From Amphiscolops sp. MND2022 (lineage: Eukaryota): a DNA stretch of 64,000 nt. Where the stretch lies: the NCBI GenBank assembly GCA_964187785.1, contig OZ076413.1:59830001-59894000 (forward strand). Direction: 5' to 3'. Both the position numbers and the translations under genes were made by a program. Below, in pieces: positions 1 through 10,130 of this stretch. The notes beneath the pieces were generated by a model, which was not told the DNA's origin, did not search any database, and saw nothing but the letters and a program-made list of their open reading frames with translations. Every line of letters starts with the position of its first letter. Within the stretch, counting starts at the first letter, position 1.

Positions 1-561
1 ACGACAGGTGATGCACCTGGATACAATTGATCTCAAGGTTGGTCTCAATTTGACGATTGCGTATTGTTGCTGGATCAAAGCCCTCAAGTATTCAACACCC
101 TGGTGGCATTGATTAATATGAAAGTTCTCAAGGAACAACCGAACTAAGGGATGACGGCTATCTAGTAGAATTGGGTGTTTCATGTCAAATGAAGCAACAT
201 CTAGCTGTTTTGTTCGACCAGAAGCTCGCAGGAAACCATTAGGTCCAATGAAAGGGGATAATTCAACAATTTTAGAAGACTTGCTGAGGGGGAGCGACTT
301 CAACAAGCATTTCTTTTCAGTGTTAAAAGACTCGAGTTGTACCAGAGGGAACAATCTCTGTTGGGCATTGTCGAGTTCAGTTGGATCTGTAATAAATCCA
401 GTGTCAGTGCGCTTGGATTCGTTCTTGGGAAGGAGTCGCAACATGTAAGCCACAATGCGCAGAAGTTTATCATAAGAACTGTACTTCTCCCACTCGAAAG
501 TTGTCGCAATTTCGGTTGCTGTTGCAGAATATGAAGTAGACTGATATTCATTGGTTTCGAT
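1..561 (-). pseudogene. pol: BEL/Pao pol: linker and integrase zinc-binding (HHCC) domain
   Basis: Manual translation of 540-1 is open: TFEWEKYSSYDKLLRIVAYMLR...KHPILLDSRHPLVRLFLENFHINQCHQGVEYLRALIQQQYAIVKLRPTLRSIVSRCITCR. It is frameshifted relative to the RNase H frame near 590. Confidence 0.88.
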
Positions 562-597
562 AACTTCAGTGGAATGAGCGCCTTTGTTAAGCTTTAC

Positions 598-2055
598 TTT
601 CTGACGAAATTCTTCTGGGGGTTTGAACGGGAAGTCGGATGTTTTTAGAAAGTCCGGTCCTGTCAGCCAACAACTGTTCAAAAGATCAGTTGCAGACATT
701 CCACGTGTGCCCGCATCAGCCGGGTTGTGAGCTGTAGGGACGTAGTGCCACTCATCAACAGTTGTTAAGTCTAGAATTTCGCATACTCGGTTAGCAACAA
801 AGGTGGGTTGCTTTTCTAAAGAAGTTAACCACTGAAGCACAGTTGAACTATCGCTTCACATGAAAGTTCTGTCTATCTTCAAAGACAGTGCACGGAGGAC
901 CTCTGCGCGAAGTCGTGCTGCAAGTAATGCGGCTTGTAGCTCCAACTTTGGAATAGTTAGTGCCTTCATAGGAGCCATTCTTGCTTTTCCAAAGACGAAA
1001 GCTAGCTGCGTCACAACACCGTGGTCGTTTATTAGTTTTCCGCGCAAGAAAGCGATTGCGCTGAAAGCATCTTGTGAGCTATCACCAAACATGTGCAGCT
1101 TACTTGTTTCAACCGTTTGACAGAAGTATCTTCTTGGTATGGTAATTTCATTCAAAGTTGACAACTCTTTGCTCCATTCCAAGAACTTTGTTACAAAATC
1201 GTCTGGCAAGTTGTCGTCCCACTGCTGGCCACTGAGCCTCCAAATGTCTTTCAAAAGCAGGCGCGCTTTGATGGTGAACGGCGCAACGAGACCAATTGGG
1301 TCGTATACAGCGGATACCAAACTCAGAACAACCCTTTGAGTGACATTTCGGTCGGTGTTTGGACTTGTTCCTCTGCTAACAACTAATGTGTCTGTTGAGT
1401 GATTCCATTTCAGTCCAAGAACGTGTGAGAATTTCTCTGCAGTTGGAAGTTCTTTCTCTTCCGTGGTTCTGTTGTCGCTGCTCGGATCCACTTCGATGGG
1501 GATGCTTGGTACATTAGACACAAACTTTGTCAGTTTAAACCCTCCCAAAGCAAGCATTTTAACAAGATCCTTCGCTTTGTTCGAGGCTTCGATAGCTGTT
1601 GGACTTGATTCGAGGTAATCGTCCATATAAAAGTTGTTGTGAACGCTTCGTGCTGCATCTGGGAAGTTGGCTTGGTTATCTGTGGCAGTTCGTTTCAGTG
1701 CGTAGTTAGCGCATGTTGGCGAATCTTTAGAGCCGAAAATGTGTCGAACATACTCAAAAACAGCAACTTCAGCAGCTGGGTGCTCCCGTCACAAAAATCG
1801 AAGTGATGGTCTGTCATGTGGGATAACTCCAACTTGGAGAAACATTCCTTCGATGTCCGCAGATACAGCAAAAGGATATTGACTGAAACGGAAAAGATTG
1901 TGAATTAAGCTCTGCAGCAAATCTGGTCCTGCTAGAAGAGCACTGTTCAAGGACTGACCATGAAATTTTGCGGCTCCATTAAGAATCCTACGGACTTTGC
2001 CAGGCTTGTGAGGATGCACAACTGGATGGTGCGGTAAATACCATCCCCGGGGCTG
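598..2055 (-). pseudogene. pol: BEL/Pao pol: reverse transcriptase and RNase H
   Basis: Motifs WYLPHHPVVHPHKPGKVRR, AVSADIEGMFLQV, HIFGSKDSP, NFYMDDYL (YMDD at 1618-1629), LHMFGDSS, TIPKLELQAA and HNPADAGTRG. TGA stops sit where Trp is expected (856-858, 1789-1791). Confidence 0.93.
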
Positions 2056-2057
2056 GT

Positions 2058-3290
2058 CTATTTAAAACATTCAGTTTTGTCCACTTGAACAATATAGCCT
2101 TTCGAGAAATCGTCGCTAATTGTTTTCGTGTAATTGGCTTTCAAATCAGCATCTTTTTGAAGACGGCGCTCTAGCGATTTCAGTTGAATAAGTGCAGAAA
2201 AATAATTGTTCGGTAAACAACTTTCGTCGTCGGCCCACAACTTACCCACTTGGTGTCGGGACTCATCGTGGTATGTTGTTTCATCAAGTATCTTTGTCGC
2301 TCTCGTGTCGGTTGCGGAACGGGAATCCACTTGTTTGTACGCGCCGTACGACTCAATGTCGTACCAGCTTCGGAGTCGGTCGGAGAGTGTACAATCGTGC
2401 TCTTTCTGAGTAACAGCTTTAAAGCAGGTCGAAAATAGACCCGTGGTCGACGGAAGGGGTCCACACAGTACCCAGCCCAACGGTAAACGGACGGCAACTG
2501 GGGTATTTCGACGGTCGGATTTGAAATACCCCAGTGGGCGGATAGCGTGGAAAACGTCCTGACCAAGAATCATTTTCACATCTGTGTAGTTTTACTTGCT
2601 AAGAGCGATTGGTTCTAAGTGTGTATAGCGAGTCTTCAAATCATCTACGTCAATCACATCATTTCCAATAGTCAATTGATCTCGCACATAAGGTTTAACA
2701 GTAAAGGAGGAGCAAGAACCACCCGAATGAACCGGTGTCAACTTGAGCTCGACCATTTGAGTGTCAACAATCTTATTGGAGTTAATTCCGTGTACAGTCA
2801 GTTTGGTCAGCGTGCCGCACACGTCAAGTTTGTCAGCTAGCTCGGAGGAAATCCAAGAATGGCTACACGCTGAGTCGCACAAAACTAAGACTTTTGCAGA
2901 TTTCTCAGAAGTTTGCACTTCCACTTCCGTTATTTGTAATAATCCTTTCACATCAGAGATGGAAGGGAGCCATGAGGTGACTTCGTCTTTTTTTTGGATC
3001 GCTGTCGTTACGCTACAAGTAGTTGCTTCACCAATGCCTGCTTTCCCAGATTCAGATTTTCTCGTGAAAATCTTCTCTGCACCATGTAGCAAAGTGTTGT
3101 GCGTACTTCCACAGCCATCTTTGGTGCATTTGCGTGGCTGGGGGCAATTGCGGAAAGAGTGTTGTCCATTAAAGCATGAGAAACAAAGTTTGTTCTCGGC
3201 AACAACTTTCGCTCGTTCTGTTGGAGTCTTCTTCCTGAACACTTGACATCGCCACAACGGATGCTTATCTTTGCAAACTACACAATTAAC
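2058..3290 (-). pseudogene. pol: BEL/Pao: three zinc knuckles, aspartic protease and RT N-terminal linker
   Basis: CVVCKDKHPLWRC, CFSCFNGQHSFRNC and CTKDGCGSTHNTLLH form the triple Cys/His cluster typical of BEL/Pao. Protease motifs VLCDSACSHSWIS and MILGQD are present. There are 1-nt deletions near 2592 and 2058. Confidence 0.9.
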
Positions 3291-3310
3291 TTGGAATTTC
3301 TGGGTTCACG

Positions 3311-5550
3311 GCTTTGTTGCGATGGTATTTTTAGTGGAAGTTGTTGTTGCAGCGAACACTTTAGAATTGGTCTTGGTTTTCGTTACGTCTCCGGTTGGAG
3401 TTTTTCAACTTTTGGTTTTCCTGAGGAAGCTTTCATCCTCTCGTGAGCTTCGGCTCTGTCCTTCAGCCAATCATTGAAGTCAATCAGAGTCGGTCGGCTC
3501 AAATCTCGCTTCACCATATGCATTGACCACCCTTCTTTCAAGTTCGGGGGAAGCTTTTGAACCGCTTGACCGAGCAATGAAGCACTCGAAAGATCTTGAA
3601 CGTAGTTCAGAGATCGGAAAACACCAACCAAAGAGCAAATTGTAGCTGCATAACTTATGATGCTTTCGCTGTTATGCATTTTAACTGGAGAAACATTCGC
3701 TAATTTGTCCAAGTAGGCACTGACCACAGTCTGTGGTTGGCCAAATTTTCGTTCAAGAGTCTTCAGTGCGTCCTGGTACATTGTCCCACAGTACGCAAAC
3801 TCAGAAATTGCTGTTTTGGCTTTTCCAGTAACAAGTGTCTTCAAGTAGGTGAGTTTCACGTCGTCTGTAAGTGAAGAAGAATCAATGGCACTCTTGAACT
3901 GGCCGAACCATTCATGCCATTGTAACGGGTCGCCATTAAACTGTGCCAGTTTCCACTCAAGAAGATGGTCTTTCTTCGTCGAACCCAAAAGCTGTGCAAG
4001 GTCTTGCAATATGAAACTATTTACAGACGGTTGTGGCAAAGTAAACGAACTGGGAGGTACAAAAGGAGGGGCAGTAACACTGGGAAACGTTTTTACAGTT
4101 TGAGGTACACTACAGTTTGTTGTCGATGTTACCACGGCAGTCGGCTGCACGTAGTAAACAGATCCTCCATTCGTTATTGGAAAAACTTGTGCTGTAGATA
4201 AGACACTATTGTTGGATGGAATGACTGTGAGTAAGCTGGTAGCGGGGGTGTTACTACAGAGGTGGTGACGGCTGATTGTTGGAAGGATTTGGGATCCGGA
4301 AAACTCCAGGCAGACAAGTTAGGTAAAATGTGATTTACTGGAAGTGTGACTATCGGATTAGGTCGAGGCTGAGCTATTGTCGGTGCTGAAGTGATACTTA
4401 CTGAAGGACAAGGATGTTGCAAAGTGCTAGCATTGTTCAAAAACAAACTAGTCGCAGCGGAGTTAGTAGCAGTTAAATTAGTTTGACCGGGGAAACGCGG
4501 AATCTGGCCAGGTAAACTAGCAAACGTGTTGTTAGGGTGGTTCAAAGACTCAGTTGTTGTAAACGACAGTGGAGCCGTACCTGTGGTGTTTTCCGTTTAG
4601 GGCGGAACATTATTTCGCACCGTAACAAATGTAGGCGCTGATACACTAGTGTTTTCATTTGATGGAGATGCAGCTAAGGGCAATGGTTGCGTACGAACGG
4701 TCTGTTCCTGATTCGATTCAACAATGGGTGCTTCAGGGGCACGTTGATTGGTAGCAGATATCAAAGTGGGAGAATTATTAACCCAGTTGTTAACTCTGGT
4801 TGACTGATGTTCGTGGCTCTCCTCACTCAACAGTGATAGCGTCTCCTGGAATTCTTCATTTGTCGCCGACAGATCATCTTGGAGTTCTATTTCAATCAGT
4901 GTCGCCTCAGCCAGTTTTTTGCGGTTCTCTTCCTGCACCTCGGCGACTCTAAGTGCAAGTTCTTCCTTGAGACGCTCTTGTTCTTGCTGCATTCGTTTGA
5001 TTTCAAGATCTTGCTTTTGCTGAGTCAGTCGGAGTGTAGCTTCATTTTGCTTCTCAATTTCTTCACGCCTTTGTTTTGCAAGGAGTACCTCTTTCTGCCG
5101 TTGACTTGACGTCTTTGATCGAATAGAGCTTGAAACTTTACTAGACTTTGTCTTGTTCGTCGATAGAACTTTTGAAGTTTGCGAAGCGTTGTCGGTTTGC
5201 AGACATTTCTCCAGATAATCGCGAGCTTTCGTCAGTATTTCATCGTTTCTGACAGCAACGTCGTTTAACCACTTTTCCAAGTCTGGCTTCACTGACTCTG
5301 GGTTGGTTGATTTGTTGGCTAAGTCTAGGAGTTGTTCGTTTTTTGCAAAGGCTTTAGTCATAGCTTCCTCACACGAGGTGATTTATCGATCAACGCGAAC
5401 ACGTCGTTCGGCATTTCCAACGGCGGCATTGAGCTTTTGTTGGATCTTGCTGAGCTCCGCTTCGGCTTTAGCGCAGCTATCATGCAACTTGGTGACTTTC
5501 TCTTGCATCCTATCAGCGATTGAATGTTTTCTTAACTTTTTGGATCAATG
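3311..5550 (-). pseudogene. gag: BEL/Pao gag: coiled-coil N-terminus, S/T/P-rich linker and DUF1759-like core
   Basis: ORF 3383-4150 has LAQFNGDPLQWHEWFGQFKSAID...KLTYLKTLVTGKAK...ALKTLERKFGQP. ORF 4597-5361 is E/Q/K-rich and coiled-coil-like. There is an in-frame TAA near 5383 and frameshifts between segments. Confidence 0.85.
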
Positions 5551-5597
5551 TAGTGTGTTATTAGGACACGAATTGTAGTGTTTCCAGCACTAAATTA

Positions 5598-6000
5598 TGT
5601 TCAAAACAGCAGAATCACTTACAGAACATCAACCAGCCAACTAAGTCCGGACACAATACTGAAAGTTAACTATGCGGTTGTCAATTAATGGAAATTCTAC
5701 AGTGACAGATCAAAAGAAGATACTACAAAATGTACAAGTACAAAATCTACAAGTTTAAAATGTTGCGGAGGATGTTGCGTTGGAAAGACGGTTAATTTAT
5801 TTGTTTTGGTTCAAAAATAGGCACTAAGGAACTACGAGGACGGTATACGACAAGAGTAATGAAGAACACGCAGTTATGGTATTGAAACGGTTGTTTTGAA
5901 CGTCAACCGGACAGTCGAGTCCCGACACAGTCCAAAACTTAGGAAGAAAATTGTTGCAACTTCAACCTGACAATGAAGTCTGGTTACTGTCACAACAACA
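5598..6000 (-). repeat. Probable 5' LTR of the BEL/Pao element (~400 bp)
   Basis: Minus strand reads TGTTGTTGTGAC...TTTTGAACA (TGTT/AACA termini), with AATAAA at plus 5796-5801, followed by the internal leader. The 6000 boundary is uncertain because the partner LTR is outside the window. Confidence 0.55.
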
Positions 6001-6579
6001 GTCCTTTGGGGAGGAAGAAACTTCACTCTGATTTGAAGCAGCGTTCTTCAAAGCCTTACGGGCACGTTTACTTGGTCGCTTAGGGCCACTTTTGGCTGTA
6101 ATCTGCGCTAGATCGTTTTTTTTTCGGAGAATGATGTCCAAATACTTGAGTTCAAACTCAGGTCTTTGGTGTATTGCCTTCAATTCGTTCAAAATTTTTG
6201 GATCATTTTGTTTTCTTGTCGAAAAGAAATCGGTTTCAATTCGGAAAACAGGGAAGCTTTGCGTTTTTAGAATATCAGAAATGTCGGGCGTTCGAATTCG
6301 GTGGCAATACACAAGAGCCTGGAGTTTGTTTCCCAGAGATTTCAAAACTTTTAGCAACTCAGAAACAGACAGTGCTCGAAAATTGTTGCTTTTATGTTTT
6401 GACAAGCTATTATTCAGCACATCATGCCAGATAACAATCTCAGTTTTTTCAGCGAAATCTTTTTGCAACAAATTTTGAACGACTTTTTGTGGGTTTTTTG
6501 CGTGATTATTTAAACTAAGGCCCGGTATCGTGTAAATTTTTTCTTTCAGTAAAGAATTTCCATCGTCAGTTGGTGGAGT
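5962..6579 (-). CDS. Extra ORF, SGNH/GDSL-hydrolase-like (tentative); N-terminus next to the gap
   Basis: The frame is open from ~6579: KIYTIPGLSLN...TEIVIWHDVLNNS...QALVYCHR...LKAIHQRPEF, with a basic tail KRPSKRARK. Motif spacing loosely resembles SGNH blocks II, III and V. Block I (GDS) is not visible. Confidence 0.4.
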   Translation of the reverse strand, partial: TPPTDDGNSLLKEKIYTIPGLSLNNHAKNPQKVVQNLLQKDFAEKTEIVIWHDVLNNSLSKHKSNNFRALSVSELLKVLKSLGNKLQALVYCHRIRTPDISDILKTQSFPVFRIETDFFSTRKQNDPKILNELKAIHQRPEFELKYLDIILRKKNDLAQITAKSGPKRPSKRARKALKNAASNQSEVSSSPKDCCCDSNQTSLSG

Positions 6580-6587
6580 TTATAACG

Positions 6588-6787
6588 NNNNNNNNNNNNN
6601 NNNNNNNNNNNNNNNNNNNNNNNNNNNNNNNNNNNNNNNNNNNNNNNNNNNNNNNNNNNNNNNNNNNNNNNNNNNNNNNNNNNNNNNNNNNNNNNNNNNN
6701 NNNNNNNNNNNNNNNNNNNNNNNNNNNNNNNNNNNNNNNNNNNNNNNNNNNNNNNNNNNNNNNNNNNNNNNNNNNNNNNNNNNNNNN
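6588..6787. other. Assembly gap (200 N)
   Basis: Run of exactly 200 N, which suggests a fixed-size scaffold join. Confidence 0.99.
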
Positions 6788-6978
6788 CTAAGGGGGATCC
6801 TTAGTGTGTTTTCGAAGTTCTGGACGTGTTTTGTTTTTAGACGCGCTTCTGAGGTTCGAGTGTTTTGAACCTCCATAGTTCAAGTTGTTGAACAAATGAA
6901 AAAAGTGGACCTTACGCGAGTAAAAAAACTACCCACTGTAAGAGTCGGCCACATTTTCTACTAAAATGCGCCGACTAA
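6788..6978 (-). mobile_element. Helentron-like non-autonomous element (HINE/DINE-1-like), 5' end
   Basis: Hairpin AGTCGG(6943-6948)...GCGCCGACT(6968-6976)AA, preceded by aaaaaactacccactgtaag. The same terminus recurs at 40892-40940 and 56454-56505. Confidence 0.6.
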
Positions 6979-7666
6979 CAACAACCAGTTTCTGTCAGTG
7001 ATACAGAGCGTGTGTTTTTTATTTACAAGAATGAGAAAAATATGTACCTAGTGTGTCGTTCCATTCGAGAGGTGCCAGTCCAGCTGCTTCTCGCACTTTG
7101 TTGTGGTAACATTGAATGACAGTGGCGAATTTGTCCATCGCGTGTAGACCGGGAATGCTCGAGAATTCAAACTCTGAAATGGATTAAAATTTCCCATGTC
7201 GACCAAACGTCTTTCGAAAAGGTTGTTGAGCATGAAAGAGCGCGAAGATGAACTCTATGGACATTCACACCCAGAAATCAGGTGAAACATGTAGTAAAAT
7301 TGCATGAAACTGTCAAAAAATTATATTTTCACTTTTGGGGCACTTTTCGAAAAAAAAGCAGCTTTAGGGCTTGTCGTCGCCGTACTCTCTAGGTTTTCAA
7401 GCCCATGAAAGCAAACGTTCACATAAAATACCTGATACTCACAAGATTATAGTTCGGATTTTCGGGGTTGAAAGTAGATTGAATTAAATATTTACCTCTG
7501 AAAAATTTCCAAGTGAAAGGGTAAAAAGGAACGTATACGTATCAAACTCTATTTTTTAGAATTTTCAACGAGCTTTTTCAAAACAACTCTAAGTTTGTAT
7601 TTCTTTCTGTCTAATTCAAAACAAAGAGTTCCAATATCTGTATAAAGAATGTGCATAACTTCATAG

Positions 7667-8420
7667 GTTTACAACTTGCTAACAGAGTGCTGTTTTAGAC
7701 AGTCGTTTTAATTCTTTTAAGAGTCGATGTAGAAGCAAAAGCATCTTCAGCTTCGTAGTCTGAATCTTCTAGGGATGAAATGTTTTTTTTGCCGTGGGAG
7801 CTATTAGTTTCAGCATTTTCTTTTAGTATCGACCAGTACTTTTGTCAAGTCAGACATGATTTCCTGGCTGACGGACGTTTTGATCATGTCTATATTTCCA
7901 GAGTGGAGTTTAGGAGTTTTACTACGACCAGAAATGTGGCTTTCAACAGGGTTTTTTCAGCTAGAGATGCTTCGAGTTCATCAAAAACTGATTTTTCTAC
8001 TTCGTTTCTTTCCTGACTTCGGGTTGTCATTTTCGGTTAACAACAAAGCTGTCGCAGCCCCGCAGAGCTGCGAGGAACAAAACTACATGCGATTGTCCGA
8101 GGAAAAGGATCGAGAAAAATGAGCAGAACACTAACGAACACCATTCGAAAACTGAAGTAGACGGCAAACAAATATCTGCTAAAGAACTTAAATATTTTTG
8201 TGAAGTACCACTTGATAATAAAACTAATGATGCACAGTAACTAAATGCAAACATCTGAAAAACTAAAGAGTAATATTTGCGGCACATTATTTCCCGTCAA
8301 ACTATCAGCGCGTTGACTGAAACTAACCAATAAGCGCTTTGACTGGAGTGCTACAACAGATTAATGGTAGCACTTGTTGGTCTATTTACTAGCCAATCAC
8401 AGCGGAGCGCAATCATTCTC
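7667..8420 (-). mobile_element. Degraded Ty3/gypsy LTR fragment with a gag-like N-terminal reading frame
   Basis: ATG at 8030 gives MTTRSQERNEVEK...IKTSVSQEIMSDLTKVLVDTKREMLKLIAP...LENSDYEAEDAFASTST (frameshifted). The frame ends ~120 codons later at a degenerate LTR-like end near 7667. CCAAT boxes lie upstream (8327, 8393). Confidence 0.4.
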
Positions 8421-8559
8421 AGTTGGCTTTGTTGCTGTCCCGGGCAGCCTACCGGCTGAAAAGAACTGAGTCAACCATTCAGTCAACCGACAAGTGTGCT
8501 CACTTTTTGGATGCCGTTCAACCCTATTGTAGTACAAAATTCATACCAATCCACGGCAT

Positions 8560-9221
8560 TGAAAAAAACTGAATTAAAGAGAGATAGGGAATATGAATCG
8601 AAGAAGCAATTTTTGATGATGTTGTTGTAAGTGTTCCTTTTGATGTTTTGATGTTATCCATTGTAACTAAGTGATTTTTTGTTTCAAATGTTTTGAGTCA
8701 ACACTCTGGTCACCTGTTGTGTTGCCTAAAAATTGAAACGTGTTGACTGGTGCTTGACCAGGATATTTTTTTGCTCAATATTGCCTGGAATGCTAATCAT
8801 ATGTGCTGATTGATCCTGTTAGGCTCCAAAAATGATGGTTTCTTATGTTTAAGTGCATTGTGCTGATTCAATTGTCACACTTTCTTTTTTTGGAAGCAAA
8901 ATTCTTTTCCTTTCACTTGTCAGTAGCTATATTCGTGAACTTCTGTGGCAACGTCAGTTACTTTCGGGATCCCGAATTGGCGGGGAATGGAGATGAAGGG
9001 GCGCGGGATTGGGACTTCGACAGGGAGTTGATTCCCACTTTTCCTTGACAGTGAGTTGATACTGACATTGAATCCGAAGGAAGGCTACGGAATTTGGATT
9101 TCCTTCCCGCGTATCTAGTGCAAAGTAATTTCGTGTCACTCTTGATTTTATTCAACTGGACAAATCCTTTTCTGATTTTGCACTTTTGATCCCATTTCAA
9201 CCAATTTTTCCTAGTTGTACA
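8560..9221 (-). pseudogene. Degraded reading frame, possibly another LTR/gag N-terminus
   Basis: A single frame from ~9038 (VGINSLSKSQSRAPSSPFP...NFASKKRK...RNHHFWSLTGS) has coding-like composition but many stops. No diagnostic motif. Confidence 0.25.
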
Positions 9222-9373
9222 GTTTTGTTTCTTCGTAATTACAATTTTTTAAGCCAATTCAACAAAACCCAGTAAAATAGACAGCAGGAAATTGAAAATC
9301 GTTAACGAGGATCCAAAGCAAAACGATGCACAATGTCCATGACTATCCTGCCGTAAACATTCCTTTGTCAGTC

Positions 9374-10130
9374 ATGCCCGAACTGTCGAGTGAGAACAAT
9401 TTGAAGAAAACTCGCCCCAGGAGACAAAATGACACGTAGACTACAGTGATCATCAAGCAAGTTAGAACCCGATACTGTACGAGAGGGACTTCGGAGATAC
9501 TATGAAGAAGATTTAAAACAAAGTCTCTAGAAGACTTGAAAATGCAGGACTAAGGCAACATGAACCAATAATGCTGTATGAGAGCCTGTCGTCTAATGTC
9601 GACAGTTTGGCCGGATCTCAGTTAGGACTTCGCACTCGTAGAGAGGTTAATCGAGAGAAGACTCAAAGAAGGAAAACTCAAGAGATGTTGAAGATCTAGT
9701 TGAAAATGTCCAGCGGACTAGTAATGACATCATGGAAGGAGTCCCAGTGAGCGACAAACATGAAGTTCATCCAGCTTGCCGCCACCAAATCAGCGTCACT
9801 CAGACGAAATGTCAAAGACCAGTTATGACAGCATAGAAGGAGTTCCCAGTGAGCGACAAACATGAAGTCACGCCCGTTCATCCGGTGTGTCGCCACCAAG
9901 TCAGCGTCACTCAGACGAAATAACCGAAAAACTACTAGAATCTCTATACAACACAAACAAACAAAGTACAGGCATCCCCACCAACCAAAAGCACAACGAT
10001 GCCTACTTTCGATGGACGAAATGAAAAATTTGAACAATTTGAAGAACTACTTCAAACGAGCCTCAAGACGTATCCTCACAATACAGAGAAAGAAGAACGA
10101 TTTCATTATTTCCATTCTCTACATAGTTGT
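9374..10130 (+). pseudogene. gag: Ty3/gypsy gag fragment
   Basis: MPTFDGRNEKFEQFEELLQTSLK...FHYFHSL (9999-10130) is homologous to TFNGKNEKKEKFEHFEDLFHTTLQM...INHFH in the array units. A degraded N-terminal frame starts at ATG 9374 (MPELSSENNLKKTRPRR). Confidence 0.7.
9724..9921 (+). repeat. Imperfect direct repeat, two copies of ~90-100 bp
   Basis: ATGACA..AAGGAGT.CCCAGTGAGCGACAAACATGAAGT...GCCACCAA.TCAGCGTCACTCAGACGAAAT at ~9724-9811 and ~9824-9921. Confidence 0.9.

Larger units (their letters stand above)
1..6000 (-). mobile_element. BEL/Pao LTR retrotransposon, degraded; 5' LTR plus gag-pol, 3' end beyond the window edge
   Basis: Domain order on the minus strand is gag, three zinc knuckles, aspartic protease, RT (YMDD), Pao-type RNase H, integrase zinc-binding domain. 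There are several stops and 1-nt frameshifts. Confidence 0.93.

Noticed and set aside
856-1791. APOBEC-like G-to-A hypermutation (two TGG-to-TGA stops in BEL pol)
   Set aside because: There are only two events, in different sequence contexts; this is indistinguishable from ordinary decay without a consensus.
2761-3246. Plus-strand ORFs over BEL pol, and similar antisense ORFs at 38898-39221, 42575-43069 and 59120-59548
   Set aside because: They are reverse-strand shadows of coding or formerly coding sequence, with no independent motifs.
6570-6876. ORFs spanning the N run
   Set aside because: These are artefacts of translating the assembly gap.
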